DNA of 64,000 nt from Camelus ferus (Eukaryota). The translations under genes and the position numbers were made by a program. Below, in pieces: positions 12,996 to 25,744 of this stretch. Positions within the stretch are counted from its first letter, which is position 1. Every line of letters starts with the position of its first letter. The stretch lies in the NCBI RefSeq assembly GCF_009834535.1, contig NC_045696.1, forward strand, positions 59,212,001-59,276,000. The letters are read 5' to 3'. The notes beneath the pieces were generated by a model, which saw nothing but the letters and a program-made list of their open reading frames with translations, was not told the DNA's origin and searched no databases.

Positions 12996-14016
12996 TTTAA
13001 GGGTTGTGGGTGCATCTTCTGGGGGGAAAAGAATGCTGTGGCTACTGGGGTCTGTTCTGCAAGTGCACAAGGGAAGAAGATGTGCTGATCCCTTCCTGTT
13101 TCATACAGGTTAAGTGGTACAGAGAAGAATGAATAATGATGATCTTTGTGCAGAAGAAGGGATACTTCAGGCAAAGCTAGAGATGGAAGAAGAAAAATTG
13201 AATGTTAGTGTAGGAAATTAAATGTAAGAAAGTAATTTCATGTTACTGCCTGACCAAAGTGATCTGACAGTCTGCAGGGGGTTAGGGTGAGGTTCTATCA
13301 GTCAATAAATACAACAGAAAATAGTGATGTGAATATGACTTTACAAGGAAATGAGAATCATGAAATTCAGAAACTTTGCTTTCTTCTAAGAGAGAAGCAG
13401 GGAGGATGAAAGAAGGAAGAGCATATAGACGTGGTTGGTGGTAGTCTAGCTCTTGGTGTGGGTGGGGGGTTTGTGGGTGTTTCAGAACTTACATATGCTT
13501 TTTTAATGTTTCAGATATTCCATAAGGCTTTTTAAAGTAAACTCATCAAATAGGTCACACTATTTCTCTCTGGTTTTTTGTGTGTAATTGAGAATTGATT
13601 ATATATGTTTTATTTCATTTTCACTTTCATTTCCATCAATATACAATTATTTTCTAATTTCTCCCATCATATTCTTCTCCAGCTTTGCCCCATTTCTCTA
13701 CTCCCCTTTATTGCAAAGTTCTTTAAAAGAGTTGTCTATACTTGCTGTCTCTAGTCTGTCTTCCCAGTTCTCTTGAATCCACTTGAATCAGGTTTTCATC
13801 CTCATCACTCCACTGAAGCTACTTTTGTGAAGATCTCAAACAACAGGATATTAAATCAAAGATCATCTCTTAGCCTTAACTCCACTTATCGGCAGCATTT
13901 GGCCCTGTTGATTACTCTCTCATCCTTGAACCTCTTTCCTTGGTTTCAGGACATCGTGCTCTTTTGGTTTTTCTCCTTCCTCATTAGCTCTTCCTTCTCA
14001 GTCTCTTTTGCTGGGT

Positions 14017-15161
14017 TGCAGTAGAATGAATGCTCCTGTCCTCCCAAATTCATATGCTAAAGCCCTAAAACCCAATGTGATGGTATCTGGAGGTGGGAAC
14101 TTTGGGAGGTGATTAGGCTTAGATGAGGTCACGAGGGTAGAACCCCAAGATGGGATTTTAGTGCCCTTGTAAGAAGACTGAGGGACCAGAGCTCACTTTC
14201 TCTGCCATGTGAGGACACAGCAAGAAAATCGCAGTCTCTAGTCCTTGATTTGGGCCCTCACGGGGACCAAATCTGCCAGCACTTTGATCTTGGACTTACC
14301 AGCCTCCAGAACTGTGAGAAATATATTTCTCAATCTATGGTATGTTGTTATAGCAGCCAACCATTCTGCATCCAGTTCCAGTGTGTGCAGTTCCCCCCAC
14401 ACCCAGCCACACCACCAAGCAAGTCTCTGACAGCAGCCGGGTGTCTTACAATTCCACTCCGTTCTATCTACCTGGAGACAGCATCCAATTCCACCAGTAA
14501 GGACTCATTCCCACAAGACTTCAGATGCTAGTCTCAAATCCAGGTTGTCACCCATGCTTCTGACCCACTGGCTAATAAATCGCAGGTCCCATGACCCCCT
14601 CCTTGGATTCAATTAATTTGCTAGAGCAGCTCATAGAACTCATGAAACTAGTTTACTCACTAGATGACCAGGATTGTTACAAAGGATATTAAAAGGTACA
14701 AATCAACAGTCAGGTGAAGAGATACATAGGGGGAGGTCCAGAATAAGAGAGCTTCTGTTCCTGTGTAGTTTGGCACTTGGATGTGTTCTTGTTCATCAAC
14801 CTGGGAGTGCTCTGAAACCTGCCCTTTGTGGGTTTTATGAAGGCTGTATTCCATAGGCATGTTTGATAAAATTATTACCCACCATCGGTGATTGATTCAA
14901 CCTCCAGCCCCTTTTCCCTCCCCGGAGGTCAGCAAGTGGGACTGAAATTTCCAACCCCCTAGTGGCAAGTTTAGTTCTTCTGGTACCAGCCCCCATCTTC
15001 AGGTGAGGTCCAAAAGTCACCTCATTAACATAACAGAAATACCTTTGTTGCTCTTATCATTCAGGAATTCCAAAGGTTTTAGGAGCTCTGTGTCAGAAAC
15101 AATGGCCAAATATACATTTATTATAAATCACAGTATCACACAGCCCAGACTGACTCAGACA
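14017..15161. mobile_element. MLT1 (MaLR) LTR interrupted near its 3' end by a MER21-like LTR (about 14360-15140)
   Basis: MLT1 motifs CCTCCAGAACTGTGAGAAAT..GTTATAGCAGC resume as CAGCCCAGACTGACTCAGACA at 15141. The insert ends ATAAATCACAGTATCACA, as MER21 does. Confidence 0.7.
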
Positions 15162-15164
15162 TTG

Positions 15165-16240
15165 CTCCTTCCTCCCCTCCCTGATACCTTAATGTTTGGA
15201 GTGTCCCAGGATTTACCCTTGGACTTCTCCCTCCACACTCACTCCCTTTTTTTTCTTACCCCATCTCATGTTTTCCTTTCCACATTTGTATCAACAGCCC
15301 TAATCTTTTCCTAAACTCCACCCTAGCATATCCAACTGTCTGCTTGATAGTGCCACTAACCAGCTTCTCAAACTTAACGTGCCCCTCATTGCACTCCTGA
15401 TGTCCCTTTCCCAGCCAGCTCCTCTAATCTTCCCTGTAACAGCAAATGGCAACTCCACCCTTACAGTTGCTCAGACTAAACCTTGGCATTATCCCCAGCT
15501 GCTTTTTCTCTGACACCTTTCATCCAATCAGAGCAAGTACCGTTGGCACTTCGTTCAGAAGCTTTCCAGAATCTAAGCACCTGTCTCCACCTCTACCACC
15601 AACATGCTGGTTTGAGTAAACCTCATCTCTCACCTGGACCAGTGCAGTGCCTTCCTCAATTCTCTGCCTTTGCCTCGCCATAGTCCACAGCACAGCTACC
15701 AGAGGGAGCCCTTGAAAACCTGACTGGTCATGTCACTCGTCCATTCAGAGTCCTCAATAGCTCCCACCTCACTCTGAGTAAAAGACATGGTGGTCTGCAA
15801 GGCCTTAAATTCTCTGAACCCATCATTTTCTCCATTTCTCCTTCCTCACTACCCTCTAGCCACACTGGGTGTCTTGCTATTCCTTAGAAAGGCCAGGCCC
15901 TCTCCTGCCCCAGGACCTTTGCACTTGTGTTTCCTTTGCCTGGAACATGATTTGCTCAGATATCCACATAGTTCACCCTTTAGCTCCTTCAGGTCTATAT
16001 TCACATGTCACCTTTGCAGGGAGCCTTCACTGACCCCTCTATTTAAAACTGAATATAAGTGTCCCTTCCAGTTCCTCCTTTACTATCAAGGCACATTGTA
16101 TTTTTAAAGATTTTGTATTTTACCAGTCTACCTATATTCTCTCACTGGAGTACATGGGTTTCTGTTTTATTCATGTGTTTTTCTGGGGCCTCAAACAGGA
16201 CTGCATACATAATAGTTGCCATAAATATCTGTTTATGACA
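15165..16240 (-). mobile_element. L2 LINE fragment (left part at about 13680-14015)
   Basis: Typical L2 motifs: CCTGCCCCAGGACCTTTGCACTTG, GGCAACTCCACCCTTACAGTTGCTCAG. Confidence 0.7.
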
Positions 16241-16514
16241 TAAACTTCTCCTTTTTTCCCAGTTGTGTGGAGATGGAGATTGAGAAACTCTGCTCTATGT
16301 CTATTCCTTCAAGCTTCCTGAATGTTATAGCCTGCCTCCTAAGAAAATACACTTTGCATGCACTATGGTATGTTGTTATAGCAGCCAACCATTTCCTATT
16401 TCCCATTTCCTATATAGGCATGTCTTCTTCTGCCCAAGATGCCCTCCCTTTTCCATTTCTATGCCAAGAAAGTGCCCCTTTCTCTTAAAATAAATCCCAC
16501 AGCAAGGTGTCCAG

Positions 16515-16945
16515 CCTGTGCCTAGTCTCCACCTGTCCCTCTGTGTCTACTCCCCACTCTTGTCTCTCCCAATCTGTGTTCCAGGCCTGCATCTCCAGGC
16601 TCCCTGGCCCTCCAGTTTCTGGTTGGGCCTATGGGAGGCATCAGCAGGTGACCAGAGGTTGGATGTTTATTCCCCAACTTCCATCCTGAGCTTCCGGCCT
16701 CAGCTTCTGTCCAGCACCCCCTCTTCCATGTTGCCAGCTCTCAGTCGGGCTCCAGTGATATGATTCCTTGCCTTGCCCCTTCAGGCCAAGAGCGGTACCA
16801 GCTTCCCAATGTTGCTAGTTCCCTGTCTGCTGCCACTGTGATTAGTTGGCTTAACTCTGCCCTTACCCCAATCGGTATTTTGTCAAATTCTCAGTTAAAT
16901 TCCTTGAGCATGCCGTCTGATTTTTCCTGGATCCTCAGTGACACA
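16515..16945. mobile_element. ERVL LTR (LTR33/LTR16-like)
   Basis: GGCCTATGGGAGGCATCAGCAGG and TTGCCCCTTCAGGCC motifs, ending TGACACA. Confidence 0.5.
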
Positions 16946-17973
16946 TCAGTCAGGACCATTCCCATGTCATTCCACATGTACGTGTATGCCTTATACTGCT
17001 GTGATCCACTCACAGCTTGTACTTCTTCTGTTTCCCAGACACATTGCAAACCCCAGTTTGCATCATGTGCACCCCTCTTGGCATAGTGCCTTGCTCTATG
17101 TTTACCAATGAAAATGACAATAAAATGTATTGAAATATTACCTTATTTTATAAACAAAGTATTCTAAATTTAAGTTACTTATTTTCTTTTGTACCACGAG
17201 TGTTTGAGGTGATTTGAACTCAGTAACTTTTCCATGATGTTTTAAAACTGCCTAGGGCTTGGGCTTTGTGGCTGGAGGTTGACTGCTCAGCTCCTTCGTC
17301 TTGCTTACTTCCTGGTTCCCGTTGGCCTTCCATATGTTTATGGATGCTAAAGAAGGGACTCCAAGTAAAACTGGGGGTTTGCACACTGGCTTCCTCCCTG
17401 GAAACCAATATTCTCTCCCTTCAAAACTCTTTGCCGCATTATTCTATTACTGGTCTGCAAATGTTCTGTTTGCACCTAAGTCTAAAATGTGTGCTGCATG
17501 GGACCCAAACATCTGCTTTATAAATGCCTTTTTGTCCCACAGTTCAATTTGAGTTTTTATTTAAATATTTAATGATGCAAAAATTGGTGTAAGTGCCTCT
17601 TTAGGGAATCTTGGGAAAGTACAGGGATGTAATCAAATGGTTTGCAAATTGTGCTTATTTATTTATAACTCTAATTTGAAAAGAAGGACCAGAGTTATTA
17701 AAGGGAATGTTCACATTTCACAGAGACCTTATCCTAAGGAATGAGGGGTAATCATTTTTATGAAAAGGGAGAAACACCGAGTCATTTCCTTTTTGTCCTT
17801 CCTGTGTTGTAATGGCTTTTTTTGTGGACAATTTAAAAAGCTGTTTCTTATGCTCTCTGCTAAATATGTCTCCATCTGACTAATTCTGCTGTGGGGGTCT
17901 CAGTCTAACCTCATAGTTCCGGTTATTTTTCATGCCAAGCGTCCACACCCAAGTTCTGTTTCCTTTGTACCAG

Positions 17974-18006
17974 AAGGATGGAGAAGATGAACAATAGAGA
18001 GGCATG
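17974..18006 (+). other. Candidate micro-exon of the cryptic plus-strand gene (ATG at 17978, MEKMNNREA..)
   Basis: Acceptor TTTCCTTTGTACCAG|, strong Kozak AGGATGG, donor ATG|GTAGGC. Short, so it could be a chance match. Confidence 0.25.
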
Positions 18007-19472
18007 GTAGGCATTCTGGTCCGCAGTCCACCTTGATGATTTCTTAGAAGGCCTTAGGAAAAATGGAGCTGATATAGGCTGAGTGGGGCCACATTATGAC
18101 TTTTATGGGTCTCAGGCATATTTGCATTTGTGTGCCCCTTCCACCGTTAAAAATGTCAAAACCTACATTTTACAACTGTGCTGGCATATGGCAAATACAT
18201 TAATATATTAGTTTTTGTGGACCCCTAAAAGTGTTGTAGTCCCTAAGCACTGTGTCTCCTGTGCCTAATGAATTAGTCAGCCCTGTAAGTGGGCAAGGGG
18301 ACAAGGAAATAGCCTGACTCCTTTTTTCAGGGTCTAAAAGTACCTAGGTTCCAATCTGTTCTTCTCAATGATGCCTATGTCGGATGTTATGGTCATAAAT
18401 AAGGCGAATGAATGTTCTTCCTCTGAGAGGCTTTGAGGGGGCGGGGCTGTGGAGGGCTGGGCAGCACAAAGCTGGACACCTCCCAGAGCTGGGCTGCTTA
18501 TCTCTTCAGCCTGCCCCACATACCTTCTCTGTATGATACTGCGGGTGTTACAGTCTCCACACTGGGAGGGGCCAGGGCTATTGTCCCACTTTGTAGATGG
18601 AGAGCTTAAAGTGTGGTGAGGTGAGCCTGGGTGGCTTGTTCTTCTGCAGCTGATTCAGATTCTAATGCCTTGCTGCTTTCTTGGCAGCACAAAGAAGAAA
18701 CACTTAAAATAATTTTTTTCTGACTATAAAAGTGATACTGGTTTATTATGAAATTTGGAAAATAAAAGAAGTTGAGAGAAGATTTAAAAAGAACTTTATT
18801 CCTAAGTCCTGGAGCCAGCCACTGCCCACTGCCTGATGAAGTCGTGTAAATGGGTGAACCCTACCACCCGTGGGACAGGACTCTTCCAGTTCCCAGGAGC
18901 TGACACAGTAGTGCTGGTTGTCGTTGCTGTTTTTGCCTGATGTCACTCTCAACTATAAAATGACTGGACTTAATGAAACCCTCCCACCTTCCAAGGCTTA
19001 CAAACTACAATGTTAACTGAAAAAGGCAGATTACAAAATTTATGTACAGTATGATCTCAATTGCATAGAAACATGCATAAAAATTGAGGAAGGAAATAGA
19101 TAATTATGCCAACAGTGATATTAGTCCACGGAAGCTCCAGTGTGAGTGACGGACAGCTTTTTGGGGGGTTGGTAGCTTTTCAGCACCACCTAAACCCTCC
19201 CCTACAGAGAGTTTCCTATGCAATTTCCAGGCAGTTTCCTATGAATCATATTGCTGCTGTTTATACTCCTGGGAGAGGTCAAGGGGGGTCGGTGATCCCT
19301 CCATGCATAAACCCTACACCTTTGGAAGTAGCTGTCCTCCCTCGTCTCCTTTTCCCTGTGCCCACCCATGAAGCAGCAGTTTCTGCAGACTCCTATTTGT
19401 ATTCGAGGCTGGCAGTGGGTTTTCCCAGCTCTCCTCTTGGGAACATGATTCTATTCTCTACATAAAAGCAAG

Positions 19473-19654
19473 GATGCAATTAAAGCTACGCATGAGAGAG
19501 CAATCAAGGGAACTAACAACTCCACATTACTGTGAAGAGGATGCCACTGAACGAGGGCAGTTTCTGCAGCAGACTCTTCCTACGGTTACCACAAATGCAG
19601 AAGAGCAGCTTCTGGTGGCTCTGAAGGCCCTCATAAGCAGAGCATTCCCTGCAG
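19473..19654 (+). pseudogene. Candidate exon A of an unannotated or decaying gene
   Basis: Non-repeat, protein-like translation (..EEQLLVALKALISRAFPA). Donor CAG|GTAGGA at 19654 in phase 1; the acceptor is weak. Confidence 0.4.
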
Positions 19655-21884
19655 GTAGGAATCTGGCTCATCCCAGAGAGATGGGGATCTGCAGACAAAA
19701 TACTTTGCCTTCTTCAGTGGCCTGGTCCAGGATCTTACCATGTTTCCTTTAGCCCTAACCTAAATCCCACCTGCTAAGTTTTCACCCCATATCTGCTTTC
19801 CTTGTTGAAGACAGGAAACATTGGCTCATTGTCCCCGTCTAACTCTCTGTAGCTCAATGCTGGGTTTCTTCTAAAGCATCTATGTCAGGCCCAGAAAATT
19901 AGAATAATACCAGGTTAAGAAACTAAGTCTAAGTGATACATTCAATAATTTAAGTCAACAAATATTTGTCTGAGTACTTACTATGTGCCAGGCAGGAAAG
20001 AAATAGACAAGGGACACAGACTGAACCAGAGGTTATTAGTGCGTGCTACGTTAGATGCTGTATTCAAGGGCCCCAAGTCCTCTGTCAGTTGTTAAAGTGA
20101 GCTCTGAAGGCAGATAGACTTGGGTTGAATCTACTTACTCTTTCTGTTACCTAAGCCAAACTGCTCACCTACCTGACTCTCAGTTTTATTACCCTAAAAT
20201 GGGGATAATAGTATCTATTTCAGAGGTTGTAGAATAAATGAAATCATTTAAGCAAAGTACAACTTGTAATGGTGGACGTTGCTCTGTAAATGCTGCTCTT
20301 TCATACAGGTTTTATAATGATTTGGTGATGGGGACATCAGAGATATTGGGTGTAGTAGGAAATTGGTATTTATTTTTAAAAATGTGAATTTTAATATGTA
20401 TTGTTCACTTTGTGGATCAGCTGTAATTCCAGATTGGCTTCCTGCAGACTCAGTTATGATCTATCTATTATTAATATGCCAACATTCATTCACCCAACAA
20501 GTATTTCTTATGTGTCTTTTATGGTATAGTCAATGTATGCTAGGGTAATAAAAACTGCCTTTAATGTAAACTTGGTGCAGACATGATCAGAAAGGGAAAT
20601 CTGCTAGGAAGAAAATCTTGTATGGAAGGAGTTTCCAGGAAGCGGAAGATGGGCCCAGGAGAAGCACAGATGCCGGCAGAGACACTTCTCCAACGCTGGC
20701 AGAAGCCCTCCTAACCAATGCTTGCCTGCAGAGGAGTCCTGGGAGCCTGGACTTGCCACTCATTCTTGAATTGCATTTATTCTGGGAACCAAGCAGAGTG
20801 CTGTGTCAATCTGCTAAGGAGGAGGCGGAATTATAAATAGGATGTGTGCTGAAAATAGGAAATAAGACGAAAGATGGTATTTGGGGCTTTCACGGCTTTA
20901 CCCCCCTTAAGCAGAGAGGAAAGCCATCCAGTGTTGGTGGGGGCAAGAAATTCAGGAGTCATCGTTCCAAGAGAAGTGGAAGAAAGTCAGAAGTAAGAAA
21001 GTGATGAAAAGTGGAGAGGTGGGAAGAAGTGAGTGAGATGTGAACAGAGGGGTGGGAAGGTAAGCTGTCCTCCACGGGCAGATGAGATAAAATCAAAGAG
21101 AAAAACCTTGTGCTAGGACAAGGAGTGAAGATTTACCCAGCTGGAGAGAAACTTGAAATAACAAGATAGTAATCACACATGGCCAGAAAGAAGGATTGGG
21201 TAGGAAAAGAATTTAAAAACTTAAGCCATAAAATTAAATGGAAAGGCTGATATGATTATGAGATAAAAGACCAGACTTCATCATAGCATTCCCAGGTAGT
21301 ACCATTTACCCTTCCCCCCAAAGCCCACCTTGACCCTCAGCCCTCAAGGTGAATGAATATCTTCAGAGGCATTAGTGAATCAATAATGGGATATTCTTTC
21401 ATCAGGGGTGGGAAAGGGTGTTCTAGCTATGGTTAAGGGAGGCTGTAATGGAAAGAAGTCTTGGAATTGGAGTTGGGTCCCAGCATTGTCATTAACTGGA
21501 CATATGACCTCAGACAAGTCACCTGACCTCTGTGAGCTGGGTTTGGATATAGACTCTACCATGAACTGCCTGTTTGACCTTAATCTATTCACTTCCCTTT
21601 TGTAGACTTCCTTTTCTTTATCCGTACAACGATGGATATTAAACTGTGTCTTAAAAGCTGCTGCCAGGTGTAAAATTCTACATTTTAATACTTGGATGAA
21701 TGCTTAGGATGAGAGAGAATAATGACCCCCCTATTTTAATTCGATCTATAATAGGAAACCGCTCTCACAGAGACCATCCAGCTTAGATACTGGATGAATG
21801 GAGAGTCCTAAGTCCTGGTCTAGACAGAATAGGTCTCCTTTTTGTATTGCATAGATACATGCCTTCTCCCATCTCTCTCTGTAG

Positions 21885-22100
21885 ATGTGCCAAGTGTGGA
21901 TCTGTGCTGCTTGAGACAGGGGGCCCTGGCAGCGTTAGCCCATACAAGAGAGTTTTTAGCAATTACCCACCCAGGATCAGTTGGGCAGGAGGCTGCTGGA
22001 GAACATAGCATGGAGGTTTCTCAAGGAGGCCTTGGAGGAAACCATATAACGGCACTCTGCCAAAGAGATGAGAGAGACCTAGTTATCTTGCAAATAGAAG
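21885..22100 (+). pseudogene. Candidate exon B (216 nt, symmetric phase 1)
   Basis: Excellent acceptor CCTTCTCCCATCTCTCTCTGTAG| and donor GAAG|GTATGG. Open in the frame set by exon A. Confidence 0.55.
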
Positions 22101-23466
22101 GTATGGAATGGCAGGTCTGGTTTTGCTTCATTTCCCCAAAATGATCTCTTTCTGAGGCCAAAACAAAGATTTGGGGAAGTTGTAGGTCAGGGGATACCAA
22201 AGTGCATCAATGTTGAGAAGTATTCTCTGAAGCAATATTGCCCAAGCTCATGAATCAGGAACAAATTTAGGAACATGGTGCATACTTTTACCTTACAAAT
22301 CACATTATCAATTCACCTTGATACAATCACTTGTCCTCCCACTGCTCCCTATGCTAAGGTTGTTTCATTGGATACAGGTTCCTATGAAGATTATCTCAGC
22401 TGCCTCTAGAGATTCTGTTGCTTCTGCTCTGCACTCTTGCTCATCTCTCCTCACCTCCCCACCTCCTCATAGGCGCTAGTATGCAAAAGCTCACCCCCGT
22501 TAGACAGATAACTTTGAATCTTAATCAGCTTTTATTCGCTTGTCTAGGGAGTCCTTAAATAGCTCAAACCTTATAAATTTCTGACAATAGGTATGAATCC
22601 AGGTACTGGGTCACTGGGTCACTGTCTGGGATGTTTAAGCCTTGGATATTGGAAGTCCTGGCCTAGGAGACTTATCATATCATTTTATTATATCAAGGAT
22701 TGTAAATGGGGATCCACATGTGGGGATACATGTAAGTCTTGGTCAGAAACCTTGGTAGGAAACCAAGACCATTACCAATAGGCAGAGTGTCCCCTCTGCT
22801 ACAGGTGTTTTGTCAGTGCTGAAGTATATGTTTTGATAAACTGATTGACTACTGTAACCTCTTAGATGGTTGTGAACCCTTCTTAAGGGCAGACTGGTGG
22901 CCGGGTCAGACTGAGTATTGCTTAGAGTTAGAGCTTTATTTGAGTTTGGGCCTTGCTCTTCCAGCTGCTGTCCTGACAGACAGCATCAGCATCGTCCGGG
23001 AGAGGGAGCTTGTCAGAAGAACAGAATCTCAGGCTCCATGTCAGACCTACTGGGTTAAAACTGCATCTGACAAGATTCCCAGGTGATTTGTATGCTCCTT
23101 AAAGGTTAAGAAGCTCCTTAACCTGGATTAGGGTGCTCCTTTAAGAAAGAATATAAATGTCTCTCCCAGAAGGTTACAACAGGCCAGTTACTTACAATGT
23201 AATGAGAACAATTTAAACAAGGTTACTTCTCATTTATCCCTTAGCTAAAATAAACCAGAATGGGAATTTTGTTTGAAAGGGGTGGAAAAAAATCACCAAA
23301 CACCCAGGCTCTCACCCCTACTGTAACCTCAGCTTTAACCACAGGGATCTGACATATAGCAGGGCTCAACACATTTTTGTTTGTTTTTGTTATTTGGCTG
23401 AATAACTGATTTACAATAACAAAGGATATGTGGTTTTGTGGTTATCGCTATTTGCTATATGCTGCG

Positions 23467-23893
23467 TGTGGTAGGCAGAATAATGGATCCCAAAATGCCC
23501 AAGTCCTAATCCCTGGAAGCTGTGGATATGTTAACTTACGTGGCACTGACGATTTTATGATAGGGAGATATTCCTGGATTATCCAGGGGGACCCAATGAA
23601 ACCATAAGGTTTCTGAAAAGTGGATGAGGGAAGCCAATGGGGAGGTCAGAGTCAGAGAAGGATATGTAAGAAAAATTAGACCTGTTGTTGGCTTTGAAGA
23701 CGGAGGAAGAGGACCAGGACCATGAGTCAAGGAATGTGGGTGATCTTTACATGCTGGAAAAGGCAAGGGAACGGTTCTCCTCTAGAGCCTCCAGAAAGGA
23801 ATGCAGACCTGCAAAATCACATTTTGCCCAGTGATACCTGTGTTGGACTTCTTACCTACAGAACTATACAATAATTTATGTTGTTTTAAGCAA
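23467..23893 (+). mobile_element. MLT1 (MaLR) LTR, followed by an antisense L1 fragment to about 24375
   Basis: TGTGGTAGGCAGAATAATGG.., TCTCCTCTAGAGCCTCCAGAAAGGAATGCAG. Confidence 0.8.
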
Positions 23894-24594
23894 GTCTTTT
23901 AAATTTTTTACTATTCTAATGGATGTGTAATGGTATACCATTATGATTTAAATTAGCATGCAAATAATGATGTGGAGCATTTTATATATGCTTATTGGCC
24001 ATTCATATACCTTCTTCCATGAAATATTGCTTCATATTTTTTGCCCCTTTTAAGATTGCATTGGTTGTATTTTTATTATTGAGTGGTAAGTGTTCTTTAT
24101 ATATTCTAAGTCCTTTGCCAGATACATGCATTAAAAGTTTTGTCTCACATTCTGCGGCATAACTCTTCATTTTTAAATTTGTCTTATTTTCTTATACCTT
24201 TCCATTTTTTAGACAGTGTCTTTCGAAGAGCAACATTTAAAAATTTTGATTAGGTCCAATTTATTAACTTTTTGTTTTATCTTTCGTGTATACTAAGAAA
24301 TCTTTGCCAACTCGAAGGTTGCAAAGCTTTTCTCCTATGTTTTCTTTTAGAAATTGCATAGTTTAAGATTTTATACCACTTGTGCGTAACCTTAACTGCC
24401 TCTTTTGATCTCTGAGATCCTTGGGTCCATGGGTCTTCCCAGTAGAATCTCTTTTTATTTGTAATGGGAATAAACCTTAAGACTTAGCTGGAGTCCTTTG
24501 ATTCCATCATCAGCCATTTGAGGTCAAGGCCACATAAACATATAGAAGAAAATTTAGAAATTTCACCGAGTGATAAAATTTCTCCTCTACTTAG

Positions 24595-25187
24595 GTACTA
24601 CAATGTGCAATATGACTAGTTGTCCCATCTTGAGCCTAAATAAGATTGATATTCCTCGGAAAGAAAGTGGGCAGCAATGCCAGGAGCTGATTTGGCTAAA
24701 GGAAGAGGGAAGGTGTTTTTGCTCAGGCACCTGGCCTGGAGAGACATGGGGGATCAGGAGAGAGAAAGGTGTCTATTCTGGATATTTACGAGTAGAGTTC
24801 ATGAGACTCAAGGAGAAACTGAAGGATATGATTTCACAACTGATGCTGGAAGCAGAAGAACACAAACAGAGATGCTACTTTGGCATCTAGGGGAAAAGTG
24901 TCTTCTTCTCCACTTCACATACACCCAGCATGGCTTTAACCAGAAAAGACTCTGGGAAGTACAGAGCATCTTTGGCACCATGGAAATTTGCAGTGCTGGG
25001 AGCTCCAAGAGCCACCAGCCTTGGCACAGACATTAGTGTGGTCACAGAAAAAAAAAGTGGGGACAGAGTTGAAAAACAAGAGAGAAGTTCTTGAGTGCAT
25101 GAGAGACTCCCCTGGAGAACTCTCCAAAATGCGGGAGTAGAGGATTATTGCCAGTAACAAGACAGGAAAGGAGGAAAGGAGAGCTGG
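24595..25187 (+). pseudogene. Candidate exon C (593 nt) with a coiled-coil-like segment and in-frame stops
   Basis: Acceptor TTTCTCCTCTACTTAG|, donor TGG|GTAAGC. The frame entered from exon B reads ..EFMRLKEKLKDMISQLMLEAEEHKQ.. to TAG at 24888-24890, with two further stops later. Confidence 0.5.
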
Positions 25188-25744
25188 GTAAGCCTTGGGG
25201 ACAGTCACAATGGAAATGACTGGCCCAAGGGGGTGCTACGGATTACTTACAGCTCTTAGGAAGGAGGATGGGAGAGGGCAGGCATAGCAAGTTTTCTGTC
25301 TGTTGCAGCCATAAACCAGGCTAAAAAGGCAAGAGTTATCTGAACTGCCCTCCCTAGGAGGGTCATACATTCAGGATCTGACTCATGGATGACTATCCTT
25401 AATACTGATCTGTAGATGTTGGTTTCTCTAAGAGGGCTAAGAAAGTTCGACAATATTTTTTTTAAGTATTCTGGTTTAAAAGTATCTTCCCACAAATTAT
25501 TTGGAAATTGCAAAGGCAAAAATGTACTTTATAATCTAGATATTTGTAAGCTACCCTTTAACCAATCATCACCACTAGTGGAACAACCTAATATTGTATA
25601 TCTCCTGCTGGGATATATTATGATGTATGTAGCATCATCTATAAAGTATTCTTGCCCAAAGTGAATCTATTCAAGCTTTCAGGCCAGCATTGTCCAACAG
25701 AAATATAATATGAGCCACATGTAATTTTAAATTTTCTAGTAGCC

